Notes: a model not told the origin generated them from the letters alone. A stretch of DNA of 64,000 nucleotides from Candidatus Bathyarchaeota archaeon (GCA_963782525.1 CAWAKC010000003.1:128001-192000), one strand, 5' to 3'. Positions 40,437-50,631 are shown, counted from the first letter of the stretch. Program-made: numbers and translations.

Positions 40437-41474
40437 CTAGCTTGCGTTATCAGACAACTCAGCGTTAAAGAACGTTTTAAACTGAGTTGGTTTGTCCTTA
40501 GAGCATAATAGCGGGGCAAAAAGGTTAACAGGCCAATGCGGAAACGTCTTATACAGGTAAGTATCCGCTTTTTCTATTCCTTTTATTCTTCGGAATGTTT
40601 CTGTTACCTCAAATAAATCCTCAAAATCATGAATAGCCACCAGCGCCCTCACATCGTAAGGTCCCACTAATTTTATTGCTATAATCAGGTTGGGCATCTT
40701 AAAAATTTGAGCCATAATTTCCTGCATCTTACTTCTATTTGAAATTTTAATAAATAAATGTGCCATAGCCTTAAAACCGACCTTATCTAAACTAACAGAT
40801 ATTGTGGCTTTAGTCAGAACTTTTCCTTTAAGTCTGTCGTATCTTTGGATAACATTTTTGGGTGAAATACCCAACTGCTTTGCCACTACTCTAAACGGTG
40901 TGCGAGCATTTCGTGACAAGATGGCGGCTATTTGCCGGTCGGTTTCGTCGAGTTTCTCTTCGTGGCGGTTTATTTCGAGGGGTTTGTAAATTTTCGCCTG
41001 CTTTAGGGGTTTAATGACTAAATTTTCTGTGTGGTCCATATTTACTGATTCTGCCCAAATGAGGCTATCTATGAGTTCAACTTTGGGGCTGGTTTCAATC
41101 TCCATAAGTATTCCCGACAATTTTTCGATGTCGTGTAGTACTAAGAATGCTTGGATATTGTATTTTCCAAAGTTACCGTTTGCCCCGCAGATGTAGGGTT
41201 TGCTTCTTAGGAACTTTATTACTTCTTCTTCATTTTCTGCGGAAGTTACGATTCCTAAATCGACAGTACATTTATAGCCTAAGCTGTAAGGGTTCACAAG
41301 CATTATTTCGCCCTTGATTATGCCTGCTTTTTTTAATCGTTGGTAACGGCTTCTGACGGCGACAACCGATATCTTGCAGTCTTTTGCAATGGTTGTGAAG
41401 CTTGTTCTTGAGTCGCTTAGAAGTATCTGCAAGATTTTCGCATCGATTTCGTCAAGTTTTTTTGTTTTTTGCAT
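40437..41474 (-). CDS. Tandem Lrp/AsnC family transcriptional regulator
   Basis: Two LDE.D..I...L..D/N.RT.F HTH plus RAM modules; divergent from the beta-propeller gene. Confidence 0.88.
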   Translation of the reverse strand: MQKTKKLDEIDAKILQILLSDSRTSFTTIAKDCKISVVAVRSRYQRLKKAGIIKGEIMLVNPYSLGYKCTVDLGIVTSAENEEEVIKFLRSKPYICGANGNFGKYNIQAFLVLHDIEKLSGILMEIETSPKVELIDSLIWAESVNMDHTENLVIKPLKQAKIYKPLEINRHEEKLDETDRQIAAILSRNARTPFRVVAKQLGISPKNVIQRYDRLKGKVLTKATISVSLDKVGFKAMAHLFIKISNRSKMQEIMAQIFKMPNLIIAIKLVGPYDVRALVAIHDFEDLFEVTETFRRIKGIEKADTYLYKTFPHWPVNLFAPLLCSKDKPTQFKTFFNAELSDNAS

Positions 41475-41659
41475 GGAAGGGCGACCTAATTTAGCACTGT
41501 GTATTTGATGGGCAAGCAATTAAACTTTTTCCGCTTTCAGAGGACGCAAACAGCTAGATAATCTTCAATACACGTTTAAATTGTTTCCATTTTAGTCAAC
41601 AATTGACATAATTTTAAATACCCAACGCTCGATTATTCAATTACCGAAAAGGTGAAAAA

Positions 41660-44500
41660 ATGAAAAAACTTAATAGTAAATCAATTGCAATCGCAGTAGT
41701 TATACTCTTAAGTCTATCAGCAATAATTGCAATTTCAAACAATACCGCAAAAGCAAACATAACTCCCTACAAAGGCGAAGTTTATCCAACATGGACATAC
41801 GTTTCGGTTGCACCATTAACTGAAGGCGTTGGCCAAACAGCAACCATACTTTGCTGGTGTAACTTCCTACCACCAACCGCCATCGGACAATACGGCGACC
41901 GCTGGACGTTCAACATCAACGTCATTAAACCAGATGGAACCAATGACACTATAGGTCCACTTGAATCTGATCCCGTGGGCGACGGATATTCAACCTACAC
42001 TCCAACAGAGACGGGAACATACACCTTCCAAGCTATTATGGAGCAACACGTAATTGACGGCGGCGCAAGCAGAGGATTAATCTCTCCCGGTGGAATCGGC
42101 TTTTGGCCATCAGGTTCGCCCTATGCCCTTAGCTATGGACCCTCAGGCCCTGTCTACCTTGATCCACGCGGCGACGTATTCCTATCCAGTGTAAGTCAAC
42201 CTCAAACCATGATCGTTCAGTCAGAACCAATTCCATCCTATGTAGAAACCCCCCTTCCTAGTGATTATTGGACTCGACCAGTATACGATGCTAACCGACT
42301 TTGGGGGCAATCAATTATGGGCGAATGGTTCAATGCAGCAGAACTTAATCAATTCGGCAACGGCGGCAGATATAACCCCTACACCACAGGACCAGCCAGC
42401 GCCCACATCCTATGGACATCACCATATTGGGATGGAGGAACAGCAGGCGGAGTTGCAGGTAATGGCAACGGAGGAAATGCTGTTAGCTACTACAGCGGGC
42501 AATCATACGAAGGCTACGGATCACAACCATACATGATTCTAAACGGTAAAGCATATGTAAGTGTACAAACTGACCCCCGAGAAGGCTTCTACGAATTAGA
42601 CTTAGCCACTGGAAAACAAGTTTACTATGCAAACTCAACGGGTTCCGTAACAGGCGCGGGAGGACCATTCGCAGGTTCAGGAAGCAGACCAGGCGGAATA
42701 CCAGCATTCGGCCAAATTCTTGATATGGAAACTCCTAATCAACATGGCACCCTTGGATACTATTGGGTTACAAGCACCAACGCTTCTAACAAATGGGATC
42801 TGTATGATGACTTCTCAAACAATTACATCTGCAGCATCGGTAACATACCAACATGGGCAACTGGTGCAGGTGGACTTTTCGCAGCGACAACTACCGTGAC
42901 CTCATACGGCAATGATGGAAGCATACTCAAATATCAAATCGCCAACTTGGGAAACGCAACTAACCCGAAACTGTACCTACAGTGCTGGAACACGACTCAA
43001 TCCATATTAGCTCCAAGCATGCTGTCAGATTTTGGCTACATACCAGTCACAGGACAGCCCGTTCCAACATCAGTCACTGGTTCAGGAAGCAACACCTACT
43101 GGATGTGGAGACCCCAAATGAATAACATATACGACGGAAGCCTCGGCTACTCGATGAACATCTCAATACCTAGTAGCATAGCTTACTCAGTTCCAGGCTT
43201 ATTTGGTGCAAGCGGTGACATCCAACAGATTATTCCAGACAAAGAAATGATCGGCATCTACCCTGGATCCAACAATGGCACAGTATCGGTGCCTGGTCAA
43301 GTTTGGGCTCTTAGCCTAAAAGCTGGTTCAGAGGGACAAGTGCTCTATCAATACAACTTTACTGCTCCAGCCGGTTTAGGTGATGCAGCAGCCCAATCGC
43401 AACAATTCTTTGCTCATGACACAGCATTCGGAGGAATGGACGCAAACGCGAGTATTTTCTGGTATCAGAACTCGATGCTACGACAATGGTACGTACTAAG
43501 TCTGGCTGATGGTCACGCAATGTGGACAAGCTCGCAACAACCGCAGTTTGAATTCGAAGGAATGGGCACTGTAGTCGTCTATGACAACCAATTCATCGAC
43601 ACCGGCGGATACGGTGGAGTAGTAACATCCTGGAACGCACAAACAGGCGATTTCCTATGGAACTGGTCAGCTCCTATCGTAGGACAAGGCGAAACACCCT
43701 ACCAGAACACACCAACATACTTCGGCGCGCTTTCAGGCGACGGAATAATGTACATCTACTCAAACGAGCACTCAGTCAACAACCCAATAAGACGCGACGC
43801 AATGATCTGGGCACTAAACGCTACCACAGGAAAAGAAATTTGGGAAGAAACCTGTTGGCCAAGCGGTGCACCAATTCTTGGCGACGGTGACCTTTTAGTT
43901 CTCGATGACCATGACAACCAAATCTACAATTACGGCAAAGGACCCAGCGCAACCACGGTACAGACACCGCTGAGCGGTATAACACAAGGACAAACCTTCA
44001 TGATCCAAGGAACAGTAATGGACACGTCCCCTGGAACTACTCAATCTAGTATAGCTTTACGATTCCCCAACGGTGTTTCAGCAGTCTCTGACGCAACCGA
44101 AAATGCATGGATGGAATACGTCTATCACCAAGCAGCAATGCCTACTAACGGAACAGGCGTTTCAGTTGACATCACTCTAATCGACCCTAACGGAAACATC
44201 GTGAACTTACCCTCTGCGACAAGTGATACGAGCGGCCACTATCAGCTACCTTATGATTCTAGCAGTGTACCCGGAGAATACAAAGTCATAGCAACATTCC
44301 ATGGCTCTAACTCTAACTATCCCTCCTACTCAGAATCGAGCTTTTACGTTAACTCTGCACCTTCAGCAACCAATGCACCCACACCAACTCCTTCATCAGC
44401 TGCTGACATGTACTTTGTTCCCGCAATCGCTGGACTATTCGTTCTCATCATTATCGTCCTCATCGTAGTAGTGCTGCTAATGGTAAGAAAACGACCGTAA
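41660..44500 (+). CDS. Secreted PQQ-like beta-propeller repeat protein, membrane anchored
   Basis: Same motif set as the paralogues; AAGGTGA SD. Confidence 0.85.
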   Translation: MKKLNSKSIAIAVVILLSLSAIIAISNNTAKANITPYKGEVYPTWTYVSVAPLTEGVGQTATILCWCNFLPPTAIGQYGDRWTFNINVIKPDGTNDTIGPLESDPVGDGYSTYTPTETGTYTFQAIMEQHVIDGGASRGLISPGGIGFWPSGSPYALSYGPSGPVYLDPRGDVFLSSVSQPQTMIVQSEPIPSYVETPLPSDYWTRPVYDANRLWGQSIMGEWFNAAELNQFGNGGRYNPYTTGPASAHILWTSPYWDGGTAGGVAGNGNGGNAVSYYSGQSYEGYGSQPYMILNGKAYVSVQTDPREGFYELDLATGKQVYYANSTGSVTGAGGPFAGSGSRPGGIPAFGQILDMETPNQHGTLGYYWVTSTNASNKWDLYDDFSNNYICSIGNIPTWATGAGGLFAATTTVTSYGNDGSILKYQIANLGNATNPKLYLQCWNTTQSILAPSMLSDFGYIPVTGQPVPTSVTGSGSNTYWMWRPQMNNIYDGSLGYSMNISIPSSIAYSVPGLFGASGDIQQIIPDKEMIGIYPGSNNGTVSVPGQVWALSLKAGSEGQVLYQYNFTAPAGLGDAAAQSQQFFAHDTAFGGMDANASIFWYQNSMLRQWYVLSLADGHAMWTSSQQPQFEFEGMGTVVVYDNQFIDTGGYGGVVTSWNAQTGDFLWNWSAPIVGQGETPYQNTPTYFGALSGDGIMYIYSNEHSVNNPIRRDAMIWALNATTGKEIWEETCWPSGAPILGDGDLLVLDDHDNQIYNYGKGPSATTVQTPLSGITQGQTFMIQGTVMDTSPGTTQSSIALRFPNGVSAVSDATENAWMEYVYHQAAMPTNGTGVSVDITLIDPNGNIVNLPSATSDTSGHYQLPYDSSSVPGEYKVIATFHGSNSNYPSYSESSFYVNSAPSATNAPTPTPSSAADMYFVPAIAGLFVLIIIVLIVVVLLMVRKRP

Positions 44501-44624
44501 ATAAAGAAACCAAACAAATATCTCTCTTCTTTTTTTATTTTAAGAACTTCAGAATCTTTTTTTGGTAGAAGTTTATGTGCTATCGAATTAGCTTTTTTTG
44601 TATTTTTTGTAAAAGTTTAAGAGC

Positions 44625-44638
44625 ATGACACGTGTCAT
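44625..44638. promoter_or_regulatory. Perfect 14-bp palindrome just downstream of a TATA box
   Basis: ATGACACGTGTCAT follows AAAAGTTTAA (44611-44620). Confidence 0.5.
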
Positions 44639-44670
44639 ATGAGATTATTAAGTCCAGATGAAGGAATAGA

Positions 44671-45465
44671 ATGAAAAATAAACTTCAAACCTGCATTCTA
44701 CTACTAATTTTTGGGTTATCGCTAATAACATCCGTAGGAAAAGTTTCAGCAAACACTGAATGGAATTTAACAGTAACAAACTTGGCAGGCAGCGCGACAA
44801 ATTATAGTTTAGATCAACTCTTGGCAATGCCCGTAACTAATGTAAGTGCCTCCCTTTTATGTTATGGCAATATAGTAACCTATGGCATTTGGAGTGGCGT
44901 AAGCCTAAGCTATTTGCTTCAGCAAGCTGGAGTAGACTCAACTGTTGCTTCAATTGATTTTCTAGCTCAAGATGGATATGCAGTAAGCATACCATTACAG
45001 GTAGCTGCCCAACCAAACGTTATCATAGCCTACGAGAAGAATGGTTCGCCGCTTACTGAAGAGCTACGTCTGGTACTTCCAGATGAAAACGGTGCAATGT
45101 GGATAGCATTGATTACTTCAATAAAGATGGACACAGCTATTATCAATTTGAACCAATATTTAGCGTCAACCGCTCCAGGAACAAACATAGTGCCCCAAAT
45201 GAAATCAAGCGGGCAATCTGTACAACCGCAACAAACACCCGTCCCAACCCAACCTACAACCCTACCCAAAAACGAAGCAAACGTAACTCCGACTCCATCC
45301 CCAACAAATATTACGCTACCAACCCAAAACACAAATTCCCTGCCAAGCTCAAGCACTAATACAGTTATGGCGATTTACGTAATTGCACCCGGAGGAATTA
45401 TTGCCTCTGTAGCTTTGGGCTTTTTGATTTACAGTCGTAGACGCATTAAGCAAGCAGCAGAATAG
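44671..45465 (+). CDS. Secreted molybdopterin-binding oxidoreductase-domain protein (sulfite-oxidase family domain)
   Basis: LLC..WSGVSL..LL, A.DGY.VSIPL, IIAYEKNGSPL, LRLVLP; Pro/Thr linker and TM anchor. Confidence 0.8.
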   Translation: MKNKLQTCILLLIFGLSLITSVGKVSANTEWNLTVTNLAGSATNYSLDQLLAMPVTNVSASLLCYGNIVTYGIWSGVSLSYLLQQAGVDSTVASIDFLAQDGYAVSIPLQVAAQPNVIIAYEKNGSPLTEELRLVLPDENGAMWIALITSIKMDTAIINLNQYLASTAPGTNIVPQMKSSGQSVQPQQTPVPTQPTTLPKNEANVTPTPSPTNITLPTQNTNSLPSSSTNTVMAIYVIAPGGIIASVALGFLIYSRRRIKQAAE

Positions 45466-45550
45466 TAAAAAAAACTGCAAAGCCAGCTACATAAAATTCT
45501 ATAGAACATTAATTAGTCGTTTCAACCATTATGTATCTTGAGGAATTTTT

Positions 45551-46390
45551 GTGGCGACACCTCAAGAAGAAATAAAACGAAAGTTGCCATGCATCGTCGA
45601 CATCGCCTATGAACAATACAAACGTGAATTGCCGCTTTATCGAATGGCAAACGAACTGATGAGCCAAGATGTCATAACTATAACTCCAGAAGCTTCGCTT
45701 GATGATGCTGCTCGCATAATGGGTGAGAAGCATATCGGAAGCCTGATTGTTGAGAAATACAAGACGCCGGTGGCGATTGTTACGGAGCGGGATTTACTAA
45801 GCAAGGTTTTGGCGTATGGATTATTCTTGAAAGATGAAAAAGTCGAGAACGTAATGTCGTATCCGTTGGCTGGCGTTTCTGAATCAGCTAAGATAAAAGA
45901 AGTTGCTAAGCAGATGATTGCTAAAAAAAGTAGGCTTGTCGTGTTTGATGCTGGAACACTCGTAGGTATCGTGACTGCTTCTGACTTAATTAAAAGTTTA
46001 CCTGATGTTGCAGAAACGGAAATTAAAGTTGATGAATTCATGACCAAAGAAGTCGTTTATGCTGACCAAGAAACATCGGTACTTAACATCGCTAAAACTA
46101 TGGGTAGCCATCGCATAGGCAGCGTAATAATTACACGAGAAAAAGAGCCATTTGGGATTTTTACTGAACGCGACTTGCTCACGAATTTTTTAGCAAAAGG
46201 CAAGGCGTTGTTTACAGATGTGGGACCTGAATGTTCACAGCCTATCATTGCTATTCCAGCTGGTACAAGTGTTCATAGGGCTGCGGCTACGATGGCTTTA
46301 GAGCATATTAGAAGATTACCGGTTGTGAAGGATGAAAAAATCGTAGGAATTATTACTGCGAGAGACCTTATTGAGGCATATGCAAAATAA
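45551..46390 (+). CDS. Four-CBS domain protein
   Basis: Two CBS pairs (IVTERDL, GIFTERDL, IRRLPV). Confidence 0.9.
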   Translation: MATPQEEIKRKLPCIVDIAYEQYKRELPLYRMANELMSQDVITITPEASLDDAARIMGEKHIGSLIVEKYKTPVAIVTERDLLSKVLAYGLFLKDEKVENVMSYPLAGVSESAKIKEVAKQMIAKKSRLVVFDAGTLVGIVTASDLIKSLPDVAETEIKVDEFMTKEVVYADQETSVLNIAKTMGSHRIGSVIITREKEPFGIFTERDLLTNFLAKGKALFTDVGPECSQPIIAIPAGTSVHRAAATMALEHIRRLPVVKDEKIVGIITARDLIEAYAK

Positions 46391-46444
46391 TTTCTCTTTT
46401 TTTTTATTAAAAATAGCTCATAATTAAATAACATGGATGTTTCC

Positions 46445-46727
46445 AAAAAAAAGTGGAGTTTTACGGTTTTCCGTATTTATTTGTCATCCACTTAAGTTGC
46501 AAGTCAGGTCTGAGCCTTATTGTTGATTACGGCCCATCTAAGCAGTCTTTGTCGCTGCAGATTCTTGCGCCGTTTTGAACCTGCTACTTAAGCTTAGATG
46601 CTTCAACACTATGCATGTTTAGCCCACGGAGGCAAAGTCTTGATCGCGAGCTGATTTTACGCTGTTTCAATTAGCCCGCTTCCGTGCCTCAGTGCATTGC
46701 AGCTAAAGCTTGCTCCCTGACTTGTAA
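46445..46727 (-). ncRNA. Candidate structured non-coding RNA (unidentified; strand uncertain)
   Basis: Nested stems closed by a 12-bp helix (46497-46508/46716-46727); TATA at 46749-46756 and a T8 tract at 46445-46452 on the minus strand. Confidence 0.55.
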
Positions 46728-46966
46728 ATTTAATTTAGTTCTTTCTTTTTAATAAATTTTGTGACTTTTATAGTGCAAAATTAGACATATTTGCACCATT
46801 TGAAACATAAAGATGCGGCAAAAACAGAAGCAAAAAACCCTTTAATTAAAAGCAGCAACTTTGGGTTCTTCAGTTAGTCAACAGATAACCTTTATAGTAA
46901 GCTTCACGTTTCACAAGCATGCAAAACAATTTGCAAATTAAGTAGTAAAAGGAAGTGAAAATAGAA

Positions 46967-47110
46967 ATGTCATATGGCAACAAAGAGATGCATAAGGCAA
47001 CCTGCGCAGACTGCGGAAAAGAATGTGATGTTCCATTCAAACCAGACGGTAGCAGGCCAGTTTACTGCCGAGAATGCTACGCAAAACGAAGACCACCACG
47101 AAGATATTAA
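46967..47110 (+). CDS. CxxC-x17-CxxC domain small protein
   Basis: MSYGNKEMHKATCADCGKECDVPFKPDGSRPVYCRECY; below the track cut-off. Confidence 0.9.
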   Translation: MSYGNKEMHKATCADCGKECDVPFKPDGSRPVYCRECYAKRRPPRRY

Positions 47111-47429
47111 GCTTTTAAGCTAACATCTTACTCGTTTACAATATCCTTTTTCTTTTTTAATTTTTTGGGTCCTTTGGGCTTAAAAATTTGCTTTTAACTT
47201 AGAGCTTTTTGAGGTTATTCCCGCATTTGTAAGGGACAAAACTATTATGCTGATAATAACAATGTTGTAGTTAAGTGGGCGGGAGGCATAGAAAAGCACC
47301 TTTGCCCAATCGTGCATCCCCTGCTTCCCGCTCATTTGCCTCAATTTCTTGGTTGTTTCTTGCCACCAAAATATGTTTAAGAAGACAAATGCATTTCTGA
47401 GGTTAGGTTTTATTTTTAAAGTTTTTAAT

Positions 47430-47790
47430 CATATAGGTAAAGGAATCGATCACGGCGGGTCCAATGGACCCAACCTATTTCGTCATGTCCTCTGAAAAAA
47501 TAATTTTGCCAAGCATCGAAATGGTAAAAGACTGGGAAGAATTGAGGGTCATCGTAGGCGGACTATACGCAGGGTCAAAGAGCCGGTGTTATGATTATTG
47601 AGCTGCCTCAGGTGAGAAACTGAGCAGTTGGATGCAACGTTTGCCCTTCTAGCCTTAAAATACTTGGAAGTAATTCCGCTTAATCATTCCAATCAGCTAT
47701 TGAAGGCGTGAAAGGGCAAATCGTCAATGCAAAGAAAATGATGGAAATTTCTGCTCCCAAACCAAAATGCGAGCATACGCAATTTAGCTC
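47430..47790 (+). pseudogene. Decayed small alpha/beta protein gene (muconolactone-isomerase/DUF3303-like)
   Basis: IILPSIEMV..GGLYAG..AGVMIIE..LSSWMQRLPF..EVIPL recovered across frames. Confidence 0.5.
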
Positions 47791-47804
47791 AAGGCAGAAA
47801 TTGC

Positions 47805-48335
47805 TTAGATTTGCAAATCTGCCATTTCAACTACTCTTCGAAGAAGCCTAGACCTTGTTTCAGCATGAACCTTCTTATCAGTAACTGGAAGATCAAGGTC
47901 TTTGGCTGTTAAAGCCAAAATTTTTTGCACCAGAATTTGAGTTGCTTTCGTGATTTCTTCCATATTTAACGTTTTTTCTTCGGATATCCCGATGCAACAA
48001 AGTGAGAAAGGAAAGTTCATTTCTAACTCTATCCGATTGTTTTGATAATCATAATCCATTATGGTGAATGGCTCCATCCTGCAGGCTGCCGGACGAACCT
48101 CATAAATGGCGCATTTGCTGTCCTTGGTGAGGAAAAAACAGCTATCATCCTTTTTTCTACGAATCCACATAATTCCCGTTTCATCTGGCGGAGCTAAGAA
48201 ATCTTTAAATCCTTTTGCTTCTATGACCTTTCGCTCATTTTTGTCGACGTCTGGCGGTTGCATTCGGCAGCAGACGCCGCAGTTTTTACATTTGAAGCCT
48301 AAAGAATCGGGAAAGATCACTTTTGGGGGGTTCAA
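47805..48335 (-). CDS. YkgJ family Cys-cluster protein
   Basis: CKNCGVCC...CFFL...CAIYEVRPAACRMEPF. Confidence 0.9.
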   Translation of the reverse strand: MNPPKVIFPDSLGFKCKNCGVCCRMQPPDVDKNERKVIEAKGFKDFLAPPDETGIMWIRRKKDDSCFFLTKDSKCAIYEVRPAACRMEPFTIMDYDYQNNRIELEMNFPFSLCCIGISEEKTLNMEEITKATQILVQKILALTAKDLDLPVTDKKVHAETRSRLLRRVVEMADLQI

Positions 48336-48555
48336 GGTAAGGGTGAAGTATCAAATTAGCTTAATTTAGATTGTGCGGTGAAAAAACAAATCCTGTAACG
48401 ATTATTGGAAATTGGCACCGAAAGAAAGAAATGGAAGAGTTTCTAAAACAGGAAATGACTAAAACATAATGGCAAAAACGGGCAACACTTAACAATTATA
48501 AATAGCTAAAGCTGTGATTTAACAAACGTACGGTGACATTTATGCCATCAATCTG

Positions 48556-49062
48556 CTAGTAAAGTGAGGCTACTATTGCTGTTACGGTTCCTTGAATGTG
48601 TGGAACTTTTTCTTGTATTTGAGAAATAAGCTGTTTTAGGTCTTCCTTACCGCTTGCTTTCACCGCAACTATTACATCGTTGGGTCCAAAAACAGTGTCA
48701 GACGACAACACCTGGGGAATAGCGTGAAGTTTGTTTTGAACCTCCTCGAGATTTCTTGGTTGAGTATTTAAAAACAAGAATGCATATGGTTCTTCTGTGA
48801 AAGGTTTCCCTTCGGAGATCACTATTAGGGTTTGTGTTCTTTCAATCATCGATTCTTGTGGCATTATGTTTCTTATAGGATTAAACCATTTGGCGATGAA
48901 TTCGTCGAGGCTTTTTAAGCCGTTGAATTGGATAAGGATGTCGATGGGTCCAAAGAGCAAAAAGACATCTTTTTTGGAAAGGTTCAGTTTTATCAGTTCA
49001 TCTAAGACTCGATTGAAAGCGCCTACTTTACAGGATAATCCCATATAAGCTTTCATAATCAA
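48556..49062 (-). CDS. Tandem Lrp/AsnC ligand-binding domain protein
   Basis: Two FGP.D(I/V) RAM repeats, no HTH. Confidence 0.75.
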   Translation of the reverse strand: MIMKAYMGLSCKVGAFNRVLDELIKLNLSKKDVFLLFGPIDILIQFNGLKSLDEFIAKWFNPIRNIMPQESMIERTQTLIVISEGKPFTEEPYAFLFLNTQPRNLEEVQNKLHAIPQVLSSDTVFGPNDVIVAVKASGKEDLKQLISQIQEKVPHIQGTVTAIVASLY

Positions 49063-49240
49063 TCAAGAATTAATGGTGATTGCGGCTTGATAAATATAGC
49101 GAAATTAAAAGAAATCTCCTTCTAATCGAGGCAATTTATGGTGGACTTCTAATTAAACTGACTAAAATGCCTTCTTACCCCTAATTTTCGTGCTTTAAAA
49201 CATTTTTTAAAGACCGTGACGTTAGATAAAAACGAATGAT

Positions 49241-49444
49241 ATGCCTGCAAAAAAAAGTTTTAACCCTGAAAAAGTAAATCAAAGAAAGAGAACCGTTGGC
49301 ATAATTGCAATAACTCTCCTTTTGGTTATCACTGGTTTAGCCATTTTGCTGCATATTTCGTTCCTTGTGTGGGTAGTAGCAGATTTGGTTGTGGCTGGCG
49401 TAGCTAATTTGCTGTTAAGAAGAGTTGGAAGAACCCCGCTATAG
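49241..49444 (+). CDS. Small two-TM membrane protein
   Basis: Basic N-terminus and two hydrophobic helices. Confidence 0.6.
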   Translation: MPAKKSFNPEKVNQRKRTVGIIAITLLLVITGLAILLHISFLVWVVADLVVAGVANLLLRRVGRTPL

Positions 49445-49447
49445 CTT

Positions 49448-50137
49448 TTACCAGACGTAAGGGATCAAGCGGTACTTGACTTTCTGGCGATATTCGCTGT
49501 ATCCCGCCAATTGTTGGGCAAGGAAATTTTCTTCTTCGTTGAGTCGTATAGCAATTGACAGCAAGATAGGTGGGAACGCAAGCAATCCCCAAAACGAACC
49601 CAGTGCAAGGGGAATGAACAGCAACATTACCAAGGCACCTGAATACATTGGATGCCGAACAATGCTATATGGACCCGTAGACACTACTTTCTGTCCCTCG
49701 TTTACTTCTACGAGGACTGAAGTGTAACTGTTCGCTTTGAAAACCAAAAAAATAACAAATAACCCAAGCACAACAAAGCCGTCTGCCAAAAGACTTAGGT
49801 ACGCTGGGACAGTGGACCATTGAAAATGATGGTCAATCGATGGAACCAAAAGCAGCAGAAGGAAAAAGACAGTTATGATTGCTTGAGTGATTTTTTGGTT
49901 GGCTTGCTGTTCAGCGGTTGGACCCACCTTCAACCTGCTTGCGATAAGGGTGAGGTCTTTTTTGAGGAAAAAAGCACTGATAACTGATATGCAACCGACA
50001 AATACAAGCCAAAATACCCATGCTTGCCAATAATTCAAAGTCCCCGCAGGCACAAACAACGCCAACCACAGGAAAAATGTTAAAGCCGTTAAGCCCAGGA
50101 TTGCTTGTTTGGTTATGCTGAGCGAAGGTTTGTTCAA
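49448..50137 (-). CDS. Isoprenylcysteine carboxylmethyltransferase family protein
   Basis: VVSTGPYSIVRHPMY, EE..L...L.GY.EY...V.YRLIP. Confidence 0.9.
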   Translation of the reverse strand: MNKPSLSITKQAILGLTALTFFLWLALFVPAGTLNYWQAWVFWLVFVGCISVISAFFLKKDLTLIASRLKVGPTAEQQANQKITQAIITVFFLLLLLVPSIDHHFQWSTVPAYLSLLADGFVVLGLFVIFLVFKANSYTSVLVEVNEGQKVVSTGPYSIVRHPMYSGALVMLLFIPLALGSFWGLLAFPPILLSIAIRLNEEENFLAQQLAGYSEYRQKVKYRLIPYVW

Positions 50138-50322
50138 AGTGGTCTTGTTTATTTGTTCATTCGAGCTTAAATATGCTACCTGAGAGAGGCATAGCGATAA
50201 TAAAATTTGATTAAAACCTTAAAGCATAATTGGCTAACCAGTTCCAACGATCAACGATTAACTTATCATTAAACTGTAAAACTTATTCAAATTATTCTGA
50301 GCCAACGAACAATTTTCATACA

Positions 50323-50631
50323 TTACCGGTATTTCGGTCGCTTAGATTCTCGAACCCAAAAATCAGGATCATCTGGCTGAATAATCTGAACCTCACAAAT
50401 GTTTGCGGGATTGGTTATTACTGCACGGAACTTTGGAGGGCAGTTGGGATCCGCAAGAAACGCCATCCTCGATGCTTCTAATGTTTCAGCGATGCGTTCA
50501 GTTTTCTTGTTTGGGTAACCTCGGTACTTGATGCTTTTTCCTTCAGTTATGGCTTTGTCGAACGTTGCTTTGTCGCATTGGATTAGTTTCTCGCCTTCTC
50601 TAATAAACCAGAATGCAGTAATGGTGGGCAT
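50323..50631 (-). CDS. Hypothetical protein
   Basis: 102-aa ORF with GAGG SD. Confidence 0.5.
   Translation of the reverse strand: MPTITAFWFIREGEKLIQCDKATFDKAITEGKSIKYRGYPNKKTERIAETLEASRMAFLADPNCPPKFRAVITNPANICEVQIIQPDDPDFWVRESKRPKYR

Noticed and set aside
47430-47790. Several hairpins suggesting another ncRNA
   Set aside because: A coherent protein sequence is recoverable across frames, so a pseudogene explains the region better.
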